A DNA stretch of 64,000 bases from Yuukianura sp. NJ FZ-2021 (taxonomy: Eukaryota): positions 10,478,001 to 10,542,000 of the forward strand of contig CM102285.1 of assembly GCA_046563655.1 (NCBI GenBank), in the 5' to 3' direction. The notes under the pieces are model-generated. The model made no database searches, was not told where the DNA came from, and saw only the letters and a list, made by a program, of their open reading frames with translations. A program made the position numbers and the translations under genes. Shown here one piece after another: positions 1-12,778 of the stretch; the first letter of the stretch is position 1, and every line of letters starts with the position of its first letter.

Positions 1-1319
1 ACAAAAATCATATGCATTATTCAAACACTTGTGAGTTGGGAAACTGTTAAGCTAGTTTTACACTTTAACTTGAAAAGGATTAGACAGAAATTGGTTCACA
101 ATTTTGTACAATTAGGCTAATGTTTATAAATGTTAATTTAAGGGTAATGATTAGTTTTATGATCCCTTAAGTTTGTTGAAATTTCCAGAATCAATCTGCC
201 GTGTTGTACAATACTTAAATTATTGATAATCAGATAGATTGTTCCCAGTGTAGCTTCAAATCTTATAGTCTTTAGTAGTTTACATGTTGTACTGTTTTAA
301 ATTGTAGACTTTTAGCTCAAACTTTGAAGACGCTTTTTAGAAAGGCATTTCAGAATGGTTTGAAAACCGATTGTTAGAGACTTTGTTCTGAAATTCTGAA
401 AATCGTGAATTCAGTCCTGCGAGAGTTGCGACTGTGCGTTTACGTTAATAGACGCGTAATATCTCTACGGAAAGACATCTTTAGATACATTTTAGAGGTT
501 GTGAAAAGGAGATCACGGATGGAATGCGGCAGTAGTTTAGAGTTAGGCGAGTTAATTTAACGAGAAGTAACGTTTTTAGTTAATTTTTTTTAATTAAAGT
601 TGCGGTTTATTATGTTCTTTATGTTCGTATAATGTCGTAATAAATTTTGTCGCGTTCTCTTGATAGGTTTTCTATTGCAAAATGTTTGGGGTTTAGTTAG
701 AAAATCAAAATGGTTTTTAGACACTGACGCTAAGAGCGTCGAGATTTTTTGCGTCTTAGCGTAGACGATTTATCACAATGTTTTGATCTGACCTCTTCCG
801 TTTTAAATTATTGACAGTACAAGTTAATCAATATGATGACCCGAGCTAATAGTAAGATTTAAAGTAGCGGAAGACTTAATTTAAGTTTCTAGGATACTTT
901 GTAATAAAAAGAACGGGACGCTGTGAACCCATGAAATGAAATCCAATGTCTTCTGAACTCTAGTTAAGTTAAAACGCTGCTATTACGCGATAAGACCTTA
1001 GGTTATGTTAAGACATCGGAATTATTCAGCGTCTTTTGTTTGCAAAATGTGTAGGTTATATCACCCTTGAGACATGACCTTGGTTGAGGTAAAGCTTTAT
1101 TAGCCTCACAAGAATTTAGTAGTTGAAATGGAATAATAATTACAACTTTTAAGTTCTTACTGTGAATAACAAGTTTGAAAGTAATAATAAAGGGACTGAT
1201 TAACATCACCGAACACTACGTTTTGATTTCAGTTGACGAGATTTTAGAGCCACGCATGCGCTTGCGACTACTACGAACTCAATAAAAAGTTAAATTAACA
1301 ACAATTCAATAGGATTCCA

Positions 1320-1775
1320 TTATAACTTCCATTTCGCAAAATATTCTGCCTTGACTTTCGCACGATCTTCTGGCCATGGAAGTTCAGGACTTATTCCATT
1401 CATCCGTCGATCTTTCTTTACTTTAGTCTAAAACATAAATCAATTTGACATTTTGAAATTGAAACAGGTTTGTGTAATAAAATATTTTACCCAAAACTTT
1501 TGGCAGACTATGTAATTGGCAAATACAGGTTCGCAAATAGTTTTGTTGTAGTCATTGTCCGATAGACATTTATACGCCTGGTCTTGTTCCTGTATGAATC
1601 AAAGATTTGATCGGTGAACGTGAACGAGAATTATGAAAGTCCAAATTGAATTTTAAATTACCTTAATACAAGGATTATTGTATTCACTTTTCAGTTTTGA
1701 CCCCATTTGTATCCTTTGTTCCCTTTCTTCTGGCGTCTTTGCTTTCGGCAGGTCAGCAGCATTGCTCCGAAACAT
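1320..1775 (-). CDS. CHCHD7: CHCHD7/COX23-like twin CX9C mitochondrial intermembrane-space protein, 3 exons (1775-1662, 1589-1491, 1427-1320), 106 aa
   Basis: Manual splicing at GT-AG sites gives MFRSNAADLP...NNPCIKEQDQAYKCLSDNDYNKTICEPVFANYIVCQKFWTKVKKDRRMNGISPELPWPEDR..., with two CX9C motifs and the NPC...C..FW...RR.NG..P..P pattern of CHCHD7. Exons are too short for the ORF track. Confidence 0.88.
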
Positions 1776-2468
1776 CGTGAATCACACAAATGCTAAATCA
1801 AAAAATCAAATCAATCGGTCGACGAACAATTTTTCAGTAAATCAAAATCATAAATGCAAAAAAAAATGTTTTGCAGAGTTTAGCGCTATTGAATTTCAAA
1901 AACGGAAACGAATCGGGTCTTCCTAAAAGACGGATCGCGGATTCGACGTATTGCTGCGCACTATACAATGGAAGGAAAGAGAGGCGCGCACTATACAAAG
2001 AGAATGCTAATGTTGCGTGAATATGACCCTTTTCCTAAGTTACCAGTTGTCGATGCCGAAGATTAGGTTTGTTAATAGTTACTTTAGTTGGTTAGGATCT
2101 TACTACCACACTTAACGTTAAGTGTAACGGAGCATCAGACAGGGTCTGCTTCTGCCTAAAATTGCATTTTGTTTGTATAGTACGCGCCGGTCCACCTTTT
2201 GCTTGTATAGAGCTCAGCAATCCGCCTCATCCGCGATCTGCCTTTTAGGGAGACCAAAGTGAAATTCAGAAATCACATGTTTGTGTTTTTGATTTTCTTT
2301 TTGATTCTTTCTGAAAAAGAAAAACACGTGCTAAAACTCTTAAAAAAGTGAAGCAGTGACGGTGATGATTAATTCGGTCGTCAATTCACTTGAACGTCCA
2401 ATTTCAATCAAGTTTGTAATTAACATACCTATTTGTAATTGAATTCATAACAACATCAAGGATTTAAA
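1776..2468. promoter_or_regulatory. Probable bidirectional promoter region between CHCHD7(-) and HEATR1(+)
   Basis: Head-to-head start codons ~690 bp apart; individual elements not identified. Confidence 0.5.
1916..2255. mobile_element. Degenerate MITE/foldback-like element with ~95-bp imperfect terminal inverted repeats
   Basis: GGTCTTCCTAAAAGACGGATCGCGGATTCGACGTATTGCTGCGCACTATACAA... matches the reverse complement of the right end, GGTCTCCCTAAAAGGCAGATCGCGGATGAGGCGGATTGCTGAGCTCTATACAA...; internal GCGCACTATACAA x2; no TSD recognised. Confidence 0.65.
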
Positions 2469-5400
2469 ATGGCGACAAGCCTTCAAAGACAATTGGCCGG
2501 ATTGGCGGCACCATCATCGGCGTTACTCACAGCTGACAGAAAAACAATTTCTGTGTTGTTTTCCACGAAAGAAGCGGCTGGACACCGTCGGGATACGTTT
2601 TATTCTATTGGTAATTGGAATGCTGGAAATAATGATAGGATAGACATCTCCACGAGGTGACTGGTCCACTCACTCTGATTGATGAATGTTTTGTTTTATT
2701 ATTTGTTTCTCAGGACTTGACGGACTCGAAGAACTCATTGGTATCAATCCGCATTTGTTTCAGCAGTACACAACGTCAAGGCTCTTCAGCAAGGAATCTC
2801 TTGAATTTGAACGAGTGGTGTCAAACGTCGAGGAGAACAATGAACTGGATACGGAAATCGGAGAGTTCCTCATTGCTTTGTCGCCGTACTTCATGTTGCC
2901 ATCAGCGATCAAGTGTATTGAATGGCTCGTGAATAGGTGAGCGATCACATAGTAATGCTAGGGGAAAATGTACATCAACTTCTTTCTGTTGGGGGAAGCA
3001 AAGCGGCAACATGCTATTTTTTGCTTTTTATTTAGGTTTCATATTCAGAAATTCAACATATCGTCGATTCTGGAATGCATTCTACCATATTATGATACCA
3101 AAAATTTTGCCATTGTCATCCGGGTTTTGGAAATTGAGCAATTTAAAACAACGGACAATAAAATATGGAGCTGGCTGACCTCAACAGTGAAATCAGCACT
3201 GCCATTGAGCAAAACTATCCTGTTTGCTAACACAAATCCGAATTTCATCAATTGGTTGTTCACTACTCTCAAGAAGTTCATTGACGTAAGATTGCTCAGT
3301 ACCAGTAGTATGTACGATTCATTTCAGGGTGGATTATCCGAACTTTTTTACTTGTTGCAATTCAGGTCCATCGAAATTACCCGTCGAACCTACAAAGCTT
3401 CATTTGTTTCATAACATCCACGATCAGTGGGATTTTAAATTCAATTCTCAACGAAATTCCGACCCTGAATGATAAAAACCAGCGACGTTTGTATAGAAGT
3501 AAAGGGGTGATCCACTCCCTTTGGAGTCAAATGGAGTTGCTTACTGGCAGCGGGACCGGAGCTGAGGATTCAAGCGAATTGCAAATTTTACGGAATAACG
3601 GAGAAATACAATACATGATCTACATTATTTGCTCCTTCTTGGGATTGATCGGAAACCAGAGGCCAGCGTTGAATGAAGGACAGGAGAAACTTGTGGGCAA
3701 AACCATGAGTAACATTCTGAAGGTAAAGTTATATCTTATAGCGATCAAAAAATATTCGCGAATTTTGTTAGACTTTGATTGATTGATGAATGTTTTTCGT
3801 TTTTATTTGCACAGAATCATCCGAAAGGCTTGGAAACTCAAGCGTTCCTGCTTTTGACGTTGTTGTCTCCACTCGGGACTAAAGTTTTGAAGTTACGCAA
3901 GAAGCAGCTAATGCCTGTTTTGGATACAATTACTTCCATTGGACAAAATTGGGATATGTACAACCTGGTATCTCGTATTCTTCTGGATAATGTCGGTTTC
4001 CGAAAAAGCGGTCTGACACCGTCAAAACTTTGGTCAACTCTTGAACTTTGTGTAATGAATCCCACTCAACGAAGTGAGCTGTTCCGGTGAGTGGGTTGTA
4101 GATCTGCCTCAGCATATTCCATGGGTTAATCGTCATTTCTTTGTTTTGTAGGAATCTATACGAAAAGTTAATCGTTTCCTCAACTAGTACAAAGAAGTGG
4201 GTTAGAGGATTCCTGAACAAACTGGAGCGGCAGTATCCCATCGAGTTTGATCTAATGTGTCGTGCAGATCCACAATTTGCAGCGAATTTAGTCAAGTACA
4301 AATCAGGAGAGAATTTACTCGCCATGGTTCAACATTCAGATCCAGCTGTTCGTAAAAGTGGAGTCGTAAAACTAATCAAACGATTCAAGAAGAAGGTGGA
4401 AAATAAAAAAGACAGTGGAAAACTTGGGGACCGTCCTCGTTCACCATACGGAATCGGGAGAGCCGCTTTTCCAAAACTGAAGAACGTCAACCCCGACTCA
4501 AACACAACAGCTCAAGCACTTCTTCCACGGTTCCAAGATGACGATACAAACATTGTGAAGGTTCTCCTGAAGTTGAAGTTTTCCGTTTTATCTAAATTGT
4601 TTACTTCAGAGACTCTTGTTTCCGAACTTACCCAAATCATACGGAAACGATCAACGGTCAAGTGTATGAAGCTTGCTCTGAAGCTATTATGCACTGTAGC
4701 ATCCGAAGCCGGGCCGGACGAAAGGATTCTCACATCTCAGGTTAGCAAGTTCTTGTGCAGTACATCCTGAAATTAAATTAACTTTACCTTCTTGATTTTG
4801 CGATCACTTGCAGGTGCTTGCCGTTTTGATTCCGCTACTTTTTCCGATGAAAGATGGAGTACCAATGGATTATGCCCTCGTAATTTTGAAATCAAAATTT
4901 GCGCAGACCAACACCTTCCTGAAGTCTTATTCAAATCGTAAGATGAATTCTTTAAAATTAGTGATTATTCACTATGAAAAATCCTGTTGTTGCTTAATCG
5001 ATTTCGCTTTGTCTGGTTAAGTTTTGCAAAAGGAGAAGCTATCGAATACTGATGTCTGTGAATTCTCCTTCAATGAGCTAAAATCCTCCAGGCTACTGAT
5101 TGATTCGGATGACAGTCTCATCTCTAAAATGTTTTCACTACTTCCATTGATTGCTCCAGGTGATATCGACAGAATCATCAGAGTCGCTGATTCGGTAAGA
5201 CTTAAGGCGAACAAGTTTACTGAGCAGTTCTGGTCTACTTTTCACATTTACAAGAAATTACATCATCTTCATATTACAATAGGTTGAATGTAAGCCAATT
5301 GGAATCTATCCCGTAACGTCGTCCAATTTCTCACAATGTCTCAAGTTAGCGGAAAAGAAAGGACTGCTGAGTCTGGATTTCATTTTCACAACAATATTGA

Positions 5401-8400
5401 ACTTGAAGTTCAAAGTCAACTCGCCTTTACTAGCCAAAGTTTTCAAGTTTGTCTGGACTGTGGCAGAAACTCCTGGAAAAAGAAACCTTTGTGTTCAGTT
5501 TTTGTCTGACTTTGTGACGGTAAAAGTTCGACTTACAAAATCATAGTAATGACAATTTCATTGTTAATCTTCTGTTTGAACTGTTTCAGAAATCCTTCTC
5601 CAGTGCGGCAGAGCAAATCAACTTTTGGTGTTTACTGACTCGAACTCTATTTCAAGACAACAAAACTTTGGAAGAATTTTACTTGCTAAGAGCACTGCAG
5701 TCCTTGTCTATTTGCCTTGAAGAGAATCCAAAATCACTACAAGAATATATGATCAATTCGGGCATTTCTAAAGCAAAGAGTGGCAGAATTTCAACGAGAA
5801 GTCACTCACAGGCTCAGACGGAAAGTCTTCCCGCGCAAGCCAGTGAACTTGAGTCGAAAGCCCAGGAACAGTTGTTTGAAATTCTTCTGGCCAGGACTCT
5901 CAACCATGATTCGCACCGTATTCGTACGTGGGGTTTGACTTGTCTGTCGATTGTTTCTAGTGCTTGTGAAGATGAGAGCGTAACCAGTACATTCATCAAG
6001 ATTGTTCTTGCTGGTCGAAACGAGATAATAGCCGACAAAGAGTGAGTATAACTGTTTTCCCTGCAAGTTTGATGTACGTTGTTCTGTTTTAGTTCATGGA
6101 CTTATCAATTTCAGACATGCCGTTGTAGTCGTCAGCAAGGCGCTTGAAAAGAGTTCACTATCCTCTTTGCGGGATCGGTTTGTAGAAATGATCGTGATGG
6201 AGTCTACCGAAAAGCCTGTGGCAATTGGACTGCTAAAACTGTGCCAAGCGAGCAGTGTTAAGGTGAATAAACTGTGGCTACCGCATGTATTTGCAGCTAG
6301 GATGTTATCTAGATTCTAGATACTAATAATATTGCATGATTTACATAGATTTTCTCGCGATTCCTACCAGCCGCAAAAAATCTCATCTGTAAAAATCCGG
6401 ATTCCAAGATGTTGCAAGCGGTACTGGATTGCTACGATCCTTCTGTTGATCGTTCACTGGAAATTATCCCGGATGCTCTTCGTCTTAAGCAGACGCATGC
6501 TAAGATTCTGTGCAAGTTGACAAGGGAGGCCGTATCTAGCGGCGATACGAAATGGCGGAAGACTTTGTTCAACATAATGGTCGGGGTTGTTCTGGAAAGC
6601 GAGGATCCGCTGGTAAGAACCACATAATTGTGTGTTCGATTTTTAAAATGCTGAGCTTAATTGTTAGTTAGGCTGCTGTTAACTATTCTGTTATTGATCT
6701 TGCAGATCAAGATAGCAATTCAGCGTTGCGTTCGAAAATGGATTATTGAGGCTTCGATTATTTCTGATGAGCTTGACAAATGTATTGCGATGGAAAAAGC
6801 GGAACGCAGCGCCTCGAGTTCTAGCTCTCGTAGGATGAAATCACAGCAGCGCTTAACTAATGGTAATGTTCGAGACTTGCTGGAACAAAGCAACTGGAGT
6901 AGCAGAACGGAAATTGTGTTGGAGTTGATTCAATCCAAAAAAAGATTGATACGGAAGACGAAACTCATTCGGCCACTTTTCAAATTGCTGAAGATGTGAG
7001 TTATCAATTTTTATTCTGTCTCGCAGTATGATTTTCTTGAATTTAACTTTGCAGTTGTATCGGTTTGGAGGAACAATCGCCGGTTGAATACTTGAAGCAA
7101 CTGATTTTGACTTCATTGACACTTTGCTGCTCAGATGACAAAACACAGGAATCAAATGAGGGTAACTTGATGTTTTTTCTAAATTGAATTAAACATGTTA
7201 TTGACATATGTTCTAAGTTTTTGTATTATTTGAATTAGATTGGATTGACTTCAATGTGGAAACTGTAATCGACTGTCTGCGATGTTCCAGAAACCCTCAA
7301 ACACATCATCATGCCTTAATTTTGCTAAATTATGCAGCGCAATTATACCCGGTGAGAGAAATCGTTGAATATTGATTTTTAGTGAAACTCTTGCGACGAT
7401 GTACATTATACAAAAACTGTTGCTGAATCTTTTAGGAGCAAGTATTGCATGGTGTAATGAGTCTGTTCACGTTTATGGGGAATTCAATTTTGAGACAAGA
7501 TGACAGCTACAGTACTCAGCTAATTCAGCAAACTGTTACTACAGTTATTCCAACCTTCGTCAGCACAAACGTCCTCCAAAAGTACTCCATTACGCGTGTG
7601 TCGGCCGGAATCTACTTCGCCTTTACCTCGGCACTTCAGGATATACCAGTGCATAGGAGAGTTCCTGTCTTCACTTCATTGGTCGAAACATTGGATCCTG
7701 CGGAGTCACTCTGGCAGTTATGTGTGATCATCATTGACAAAGCGTTGACACGAGACAAAAAGAGGTAGTGAAGAGTCGAACACTTTTAGCGCTTTGTTTT
7801 AGCACATTGAATTTTAATTCTCATCTTTCTCAATCATCTTCTTCGCATTTGCAGGAGCAATTTGACAAATGACATGGAGCTCGCGATTGAGATTGTTGGA
7901 AAGTTTCAACCAGAAGTAGCTGTGTCAACCTTGGAAAAAATCTACACATATTTCGCCCAGCTCCCAATTTATGACTGTAAGTACGATTGTCTTAACAATG
8001 ATTTTGCTTTCTAATGTTGTGATTGCTTTCAGGTTCCAGCGAAGAGTTTCATATGAAGAGACTAAGCCAGAATGCAAATTCCAAAGCAGTAGTAGATCTG
8101 GCAAGGAAGGAATCATTGAGAGATGTGGAGATTTTGGTTTACTTCACTTTGGAATTAGTTCTGAAGATTAGTGCATCGGTAAGTTTGACTTTCTTTTGTG
8201 ATATTGCGTCTAATGAATCACTAATTGATATTCTGCTCTGCTATGTAGTTTGCAGATTTAGAAGATAGCAAAAAATTGAGCTACGACGGTTTGCTGGAGA
8301 AATGCCTCTCTTACTCCAGACTTGTGAGCAATATCCATGAAGATAAATTATTTCGGCTCATCACACAGAGGAACCTCGATATCGTGGAGAAATTGAATGC

Positions 8401-10350
8401 AGCGTTGGAGCCAAGTGATTTAGTACGCACTGTTGTGTCTATTCTGGGACGGGAAGATTTAGGCGTCAAGCGGAAAGTACTCGAAATGCTCAATTACAGA
8501 ATCGCTCACAAGGTAAAAATCCTAAGGAAATATGCTTTTCTTACGCCAATAATGTTTATATGCAAAATTTTTGTATATTAGATTGAATGGTTCGGCAATC
8601 CAGAAATATTCCTGGATTTGATCGACCCGCTATTGGATTTTTGTGAAAAAACACCGACATCTGATGAAGCAATTGCTGTGATTCAAACTGCCTTCATTTC
8701 ACTGAAATTAATTTCAAAACACATTGCATCGGCACACCCGGATGAATTCGTTTCAGTTTTTAACCTCACTTTCAAACAAACAACTCACGAGAACAGGCTC
8801 CTTCGAGCATCAGCATTCGCTTGTCTTGGTGAACTATTTCCTCTCAAGTCTCTGATTCTCCCGAATTTGAATGCTGTTTGTGACGCAATCCTGAAGGCCT
8901 TCAAGGCGGCAGCCAAGATGAACGCTTTTGCTGAACAAAATGGAGGATTGGAAGTAATCCAGAACGGAACTCAAGAGGAGAATGCTGTAAAACACGAAAC
9001 AGAGATGTCCATCAGCGTCGCCAATTTACTATGTATTAGTACGTTGACATGCTTGACAAAACTTTGTGATCAGCTTGGATCATTCCTTGGGGCAAAGTTT
9101 CTTCAAAAGTCACTCGTTGCCATTTTGAAAATGGATGGAATCTTTGGACAAGGAGAGAAGGCGACGAATCGAAAGAAAATATTTGATCAACGAGTCAAAG
9201 CTGTTCTGAAATCCATCGCAGCCAAAATCCCTCTCAGGAATTCATTGCCATCAATTCGGAAGGTGTTCCAGGATGTCATTGCCTTTGACGACTTTCACCA
9301 CACAAATTCAATTGTGCTTCTAATTGACCTTTTGAAAGAAACGCTGGCCAATACACCAAAACCAGATTTTACGACGCTGTTTCCAATGGTCTGCGACTCA
9401 TTTCTCACGGATTTTCTATCCTACCGTCAACGAGTATGTAAATTGGAGCAGGGCGATGAAATGAAGATTTCCAAAGAAGATTTACTCCTGGTTGAAAACA
9501 CTATTTTGGAATGTCTTACAAATGGAATCGTTCTCAAAGTATCGGAAGGAGTCTTTCGCTCGTTTTACCATAAGATGTTTGATTGGACTGGTGAAAACTT
9601 GGACCGACTTATAACGTTCTACCGGTAAGTCTAAAAACATATCCTTACATCACATAATATGCAATTTGATATTTCTAGAATTAACGGTTTTAACTTACTG
9701 TTCCAGATTCAGCGCCAACGCTGCCGAAAAACTAAAGAGTTTGTTCGTAACGTTTTCTGGCTACGTGCTTAGCCATGGAGCAGAAAATTTGAATGTGGAT
9801 TTGGAGTTGACACGATCAATTTTGAAGTACTTTTACCATATCTTCTCAAACGATCGTGAAGGATTCATCACTGTTGACCGTTTCAACAGTTTGGTGAAAC
9901 CATTGGTGGATTTGGTAAGTACATTTCTCAATGGAATGTTTAGGTTCATACCTGTATGTGTCAATTCAATATGTGTTTTCTGCTCTGAATTCTTAGCTTG
10001 AATCCGAGCACACGATCAGTGGCGACATTGACATCAAAGACGTCAGGGACAATTTGATCCAACTGGCCGTCGCGACGAATGACTTGAACCGCTGGCAACA
10101 TCTTGTAGAATTGATTTCGACAAAGTGTCAGCATCCTAACAGAAACGTTCGACTCTACGTTATTTCAACTATTGCTGCTGCTGCAAGTGAGCTTGGGAAA
10201 GACTTCCTTCCTCTTCTTCCTCCAGCAGTTCCATTCTTGGCAGAGTTACTCAACGATGAAGATGAAGAGGTCGAGAAAGAAACAAAGAGAATGCTGCTCA
10301 AACTGGAAGAAATTGTTGGAGAACCATTACAACCCTATTTTGTTATGTAA
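2469..10350 (+). CDS. HEATR1: HEAT repeat-containing protein 1 / UTP10 (SSU processome), multi-exon, full-length copy
   Basis: N-terminus MATSLQRQLAGLAAP...; LSPYFMLPSAIKCIEWLVNRFHI; FTFMGNSILRQDDSYS; C-terminal FLPLLPPAVPFLAELLNDEDEEVE; many exons separated by short GT-AG introns. Confidence 0.95.
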
Positions 10351-10441
10351 AAAATAGACAACTTTTAATTGCTGAGGAATTAGCTAACCAGAGTTTAACT
10401 TTTAGAAAAACATAAAGTTAATAAGAGTAATACTATAACAA

Positions 10442-11405
10442 TCAAGGATTAAGTTGTGAATAAATCAGCTGCCTTTTATATGCATCGACTCCTACAAAGT
10501 CAACGAAAGATTTCATCTTCTTGCAAACACGTTCTGCTGGCCGAGTTCGAAACATGTTTCCAACAATTTGCATTGTTCCAGCTGGCTTCTCCAACTTAAC
10601 TTCCAGTATTGTGTCTTTCTTGGGAATTACTGCAACGGAAAAATACGTTTGTGGAGTTTTTCTGTTTTCAAAACTAACATTAAAAAAAATAAGAAAATAC
10701 TGGTACTCACGCCTGGACTTATTGTCAACTGTTACAATTTGAAACGTTTCCTTCGTTTCCTTCAACACGATGCCTTCCAAGACATGGTTGGCGTTGTGTT
10801 CTGAATTTTTGAGAACTTTGACATGAGCTCCGTGTAAATCCATTTTGTTCAATTTTGCTTGAATTTCATTCGGGTCAGTATCGGATCTAAAGTAAGGAAT
10901 TGTTTCTTTACAAAGTTAAAATCAGCCAATAACTAATTCTGCACACGAGTAGGTTTTCATGTAAGTTTCCAAACAAAGTACTTACCCGCACAATTCAGCG
11001 ACATAACTGTTCCACATAGAGTTGATTTCGACGAAATCTGCATAAGGGAGACGTGGTGGAACTTTCTCATTTTTGATTACTCCAATGGATTTGACAAACT
11101 TCACCTTGCTTTGGTGTTTTCTGAGTGGTGATGGAGTTTCTGCTGGCTTTGACTTCCGCTTCAATTTCGGTTTCTTCGGAGGGCTAGAAGTATCCAATGA
11201 CCGTTGCATCTTCTGATTTTTTCTTCCAAGTACAAACGTCTAAAACCAAAACGTATCCAACGTTTTTAGCATCAAGGACAGCACTGTTAAAATCTGTAAA
11301 CTTAAATAAATATTTGTATTTACCCTTCTTAGAGTCAGCTCAAGGTCCCTTTGAACTTGTGTCGAGTCAGGAAACGCTGCTTTGATGAACCGTTTCGTAA
11401 ATTCA
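10442..11405 (-). pseudogene. POP4: 5'-truncated POP4/RPP29 copy (start codon deleted)
   Basis: Near-identical to 23072-24030 but lacks the 167 bp equivalent to 24031-24197, which contains the ATG. Confidence 0.85.
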
Positions 11406-11486
11406 AAGTCGATACTGTGTACGAGCTGAGTGCTTGGTACTTAAGTTCTAATATTGTTCTGGATGTCTTTAGCTAATATGTAGTAG

Positions 11487-12067
11487 TCAATATAGTATCG
11501 TTTCCGAAATTTGTTATAGAAAAGTAGCCAAGGAAGAAGGCCGTAGCGTCTCATCAGAGACGGATCATACGGGCTGAATCCACATTTCTGCAACCTATCA
11601 AGGTACAACTTGGAAGGAAGAGCTGCCATGAACACTATTTCGGGACTAGCACTAGCACCAGCACCTGTATAACCTATTCGCTTGATCTCATCTGCAATAG
11701 ACTCCTTCAGTGTTTTAGCCTGTCACCAAAAGCAACTGGATTAGAATTTGCGATTTCGAATTATGGAAAACAATGACGAGTAGAACGTTACATGTTCATA
11801 ATGAGCAACTGCTTGGGAAGCCATTTCAAACACTAGATTCTGTATCTTCTCAGTCTCATCCACGCGAATAAAGTTCTCCTGTGACAGAGTATGTTTTAGA
11901 AGAAGATCTTGTGGTACTAAAATTCGGCGTGTCCTTCGAGAATGCGGAAGTGATCTAATGAAATTTGTGATTCCAATTGTCTTTCCAAAATGACTAGCCG
12001 CATGATCCAAGTGTTTTGATTTTAGCCCTTCAGAAATAAGAAATAGAACGTAAACGAGCCCGAATCG
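11487..12067 (-). pseudogene. NDUFAF6: NDUFAF6 3' fragment (last two exons) with a 12-bp in-frame insertion and a 2-bp insertion before the stop
   Basis: Matches 24279-24845; breakpoint lies in an intron; IGYTGAGASASPE vs IGYTGASPE; RKRYYIDYY... reads past the original TGA. Confidence 0.88.
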
Positions 12068-12076
12068 AACGTAAAT

Positions 12077-12181
12077 AAGCCAGCGAGAAGCGGAAGCTTC
12101 TGAAACAAGTACTTGATTTCTCAATTTCGGAGAAAGTTCGAAAGCAGGATACCGTCTTTGTTCTTATTTCGGTTGGAATGA
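12077..12181 (+). pseudogene. NPEPPS: 105-bp templated fragment of an NPEPPS exon
   Basis: AAGCCAGCGAGAAG...GTTGGAATGA equals 30306-30410 with 2 mismatches. Confidence 0.95.
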
Positions 12182-12778
12182 CGTTTCATAACGTTTCGAC
12201 CACAAATACTCTTTCTTCAGTATTAAGTCTAACCATAATTAACAGTAATTAACTTTAAAACAATCAAAACTAATCCCAATTAAAACTGAAATCCAAGTAA
12301 ATACCAAGAATGAATGACTTGTCAAGTCCAACCGACCGCCAAAATTTTCCCTCCATGACTTCCTCTCCCGCTCAAATTCCATCCGAAGCGTCTCCACTCT
12401 TATCCACACGAAATGAGAGTGGCGTCGTAGTTAATTTTGGAACACACGATAGTACTTTGAATTATTTTTTTCATTGGTTCTGTTTTTGGCAAACTCGAGT
12501 TTATTTGAGCAGTAAATTTAGACTATTCGAGAGGAAGCGCCATGGATCAAGTTAAACGATAAATAGTTAAAGCAAGTTAACTCTAATGCACAACCCAATA
12601 CATTAAATTACTTAAAATTAATTAATTAAATTCAAAAAGTTGAAACTACCACGCAGTAAAGACACACTCACAAAAATAAAAGATTTAAAAATTGCCACAT
12701 TTTTTAAAAACAGAATTTGGAAGGCGCATTTAATTTCGAAATCGAAAAAAACTAAAAACGGGTGAAGGAGGTTTTATA

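Larger units (their letters stand above)
9071..12067 (+). repeat. Direct segmental duplication, copy A (HEATR1 3' end + POP4 + NDUFAF6 3' part)
   Basis: Starts CAGCTTGGATCATTCC as at 21701; ORFs repeat at offset 12630 (9628/22258, 10350/22980); match ends at CCCGAATCG (12067 = 24845). Confidence 0.97.

Noticed and set aside
11741..12124. 127-aa [18 protein letters not shown]... (mirror at 20194-20577) as a novel gene
   Set aside because: Accidental fusion of antisense NPEPPS fragment, intron and an NDUFAF6 exon; starts at a non-ATG codon.
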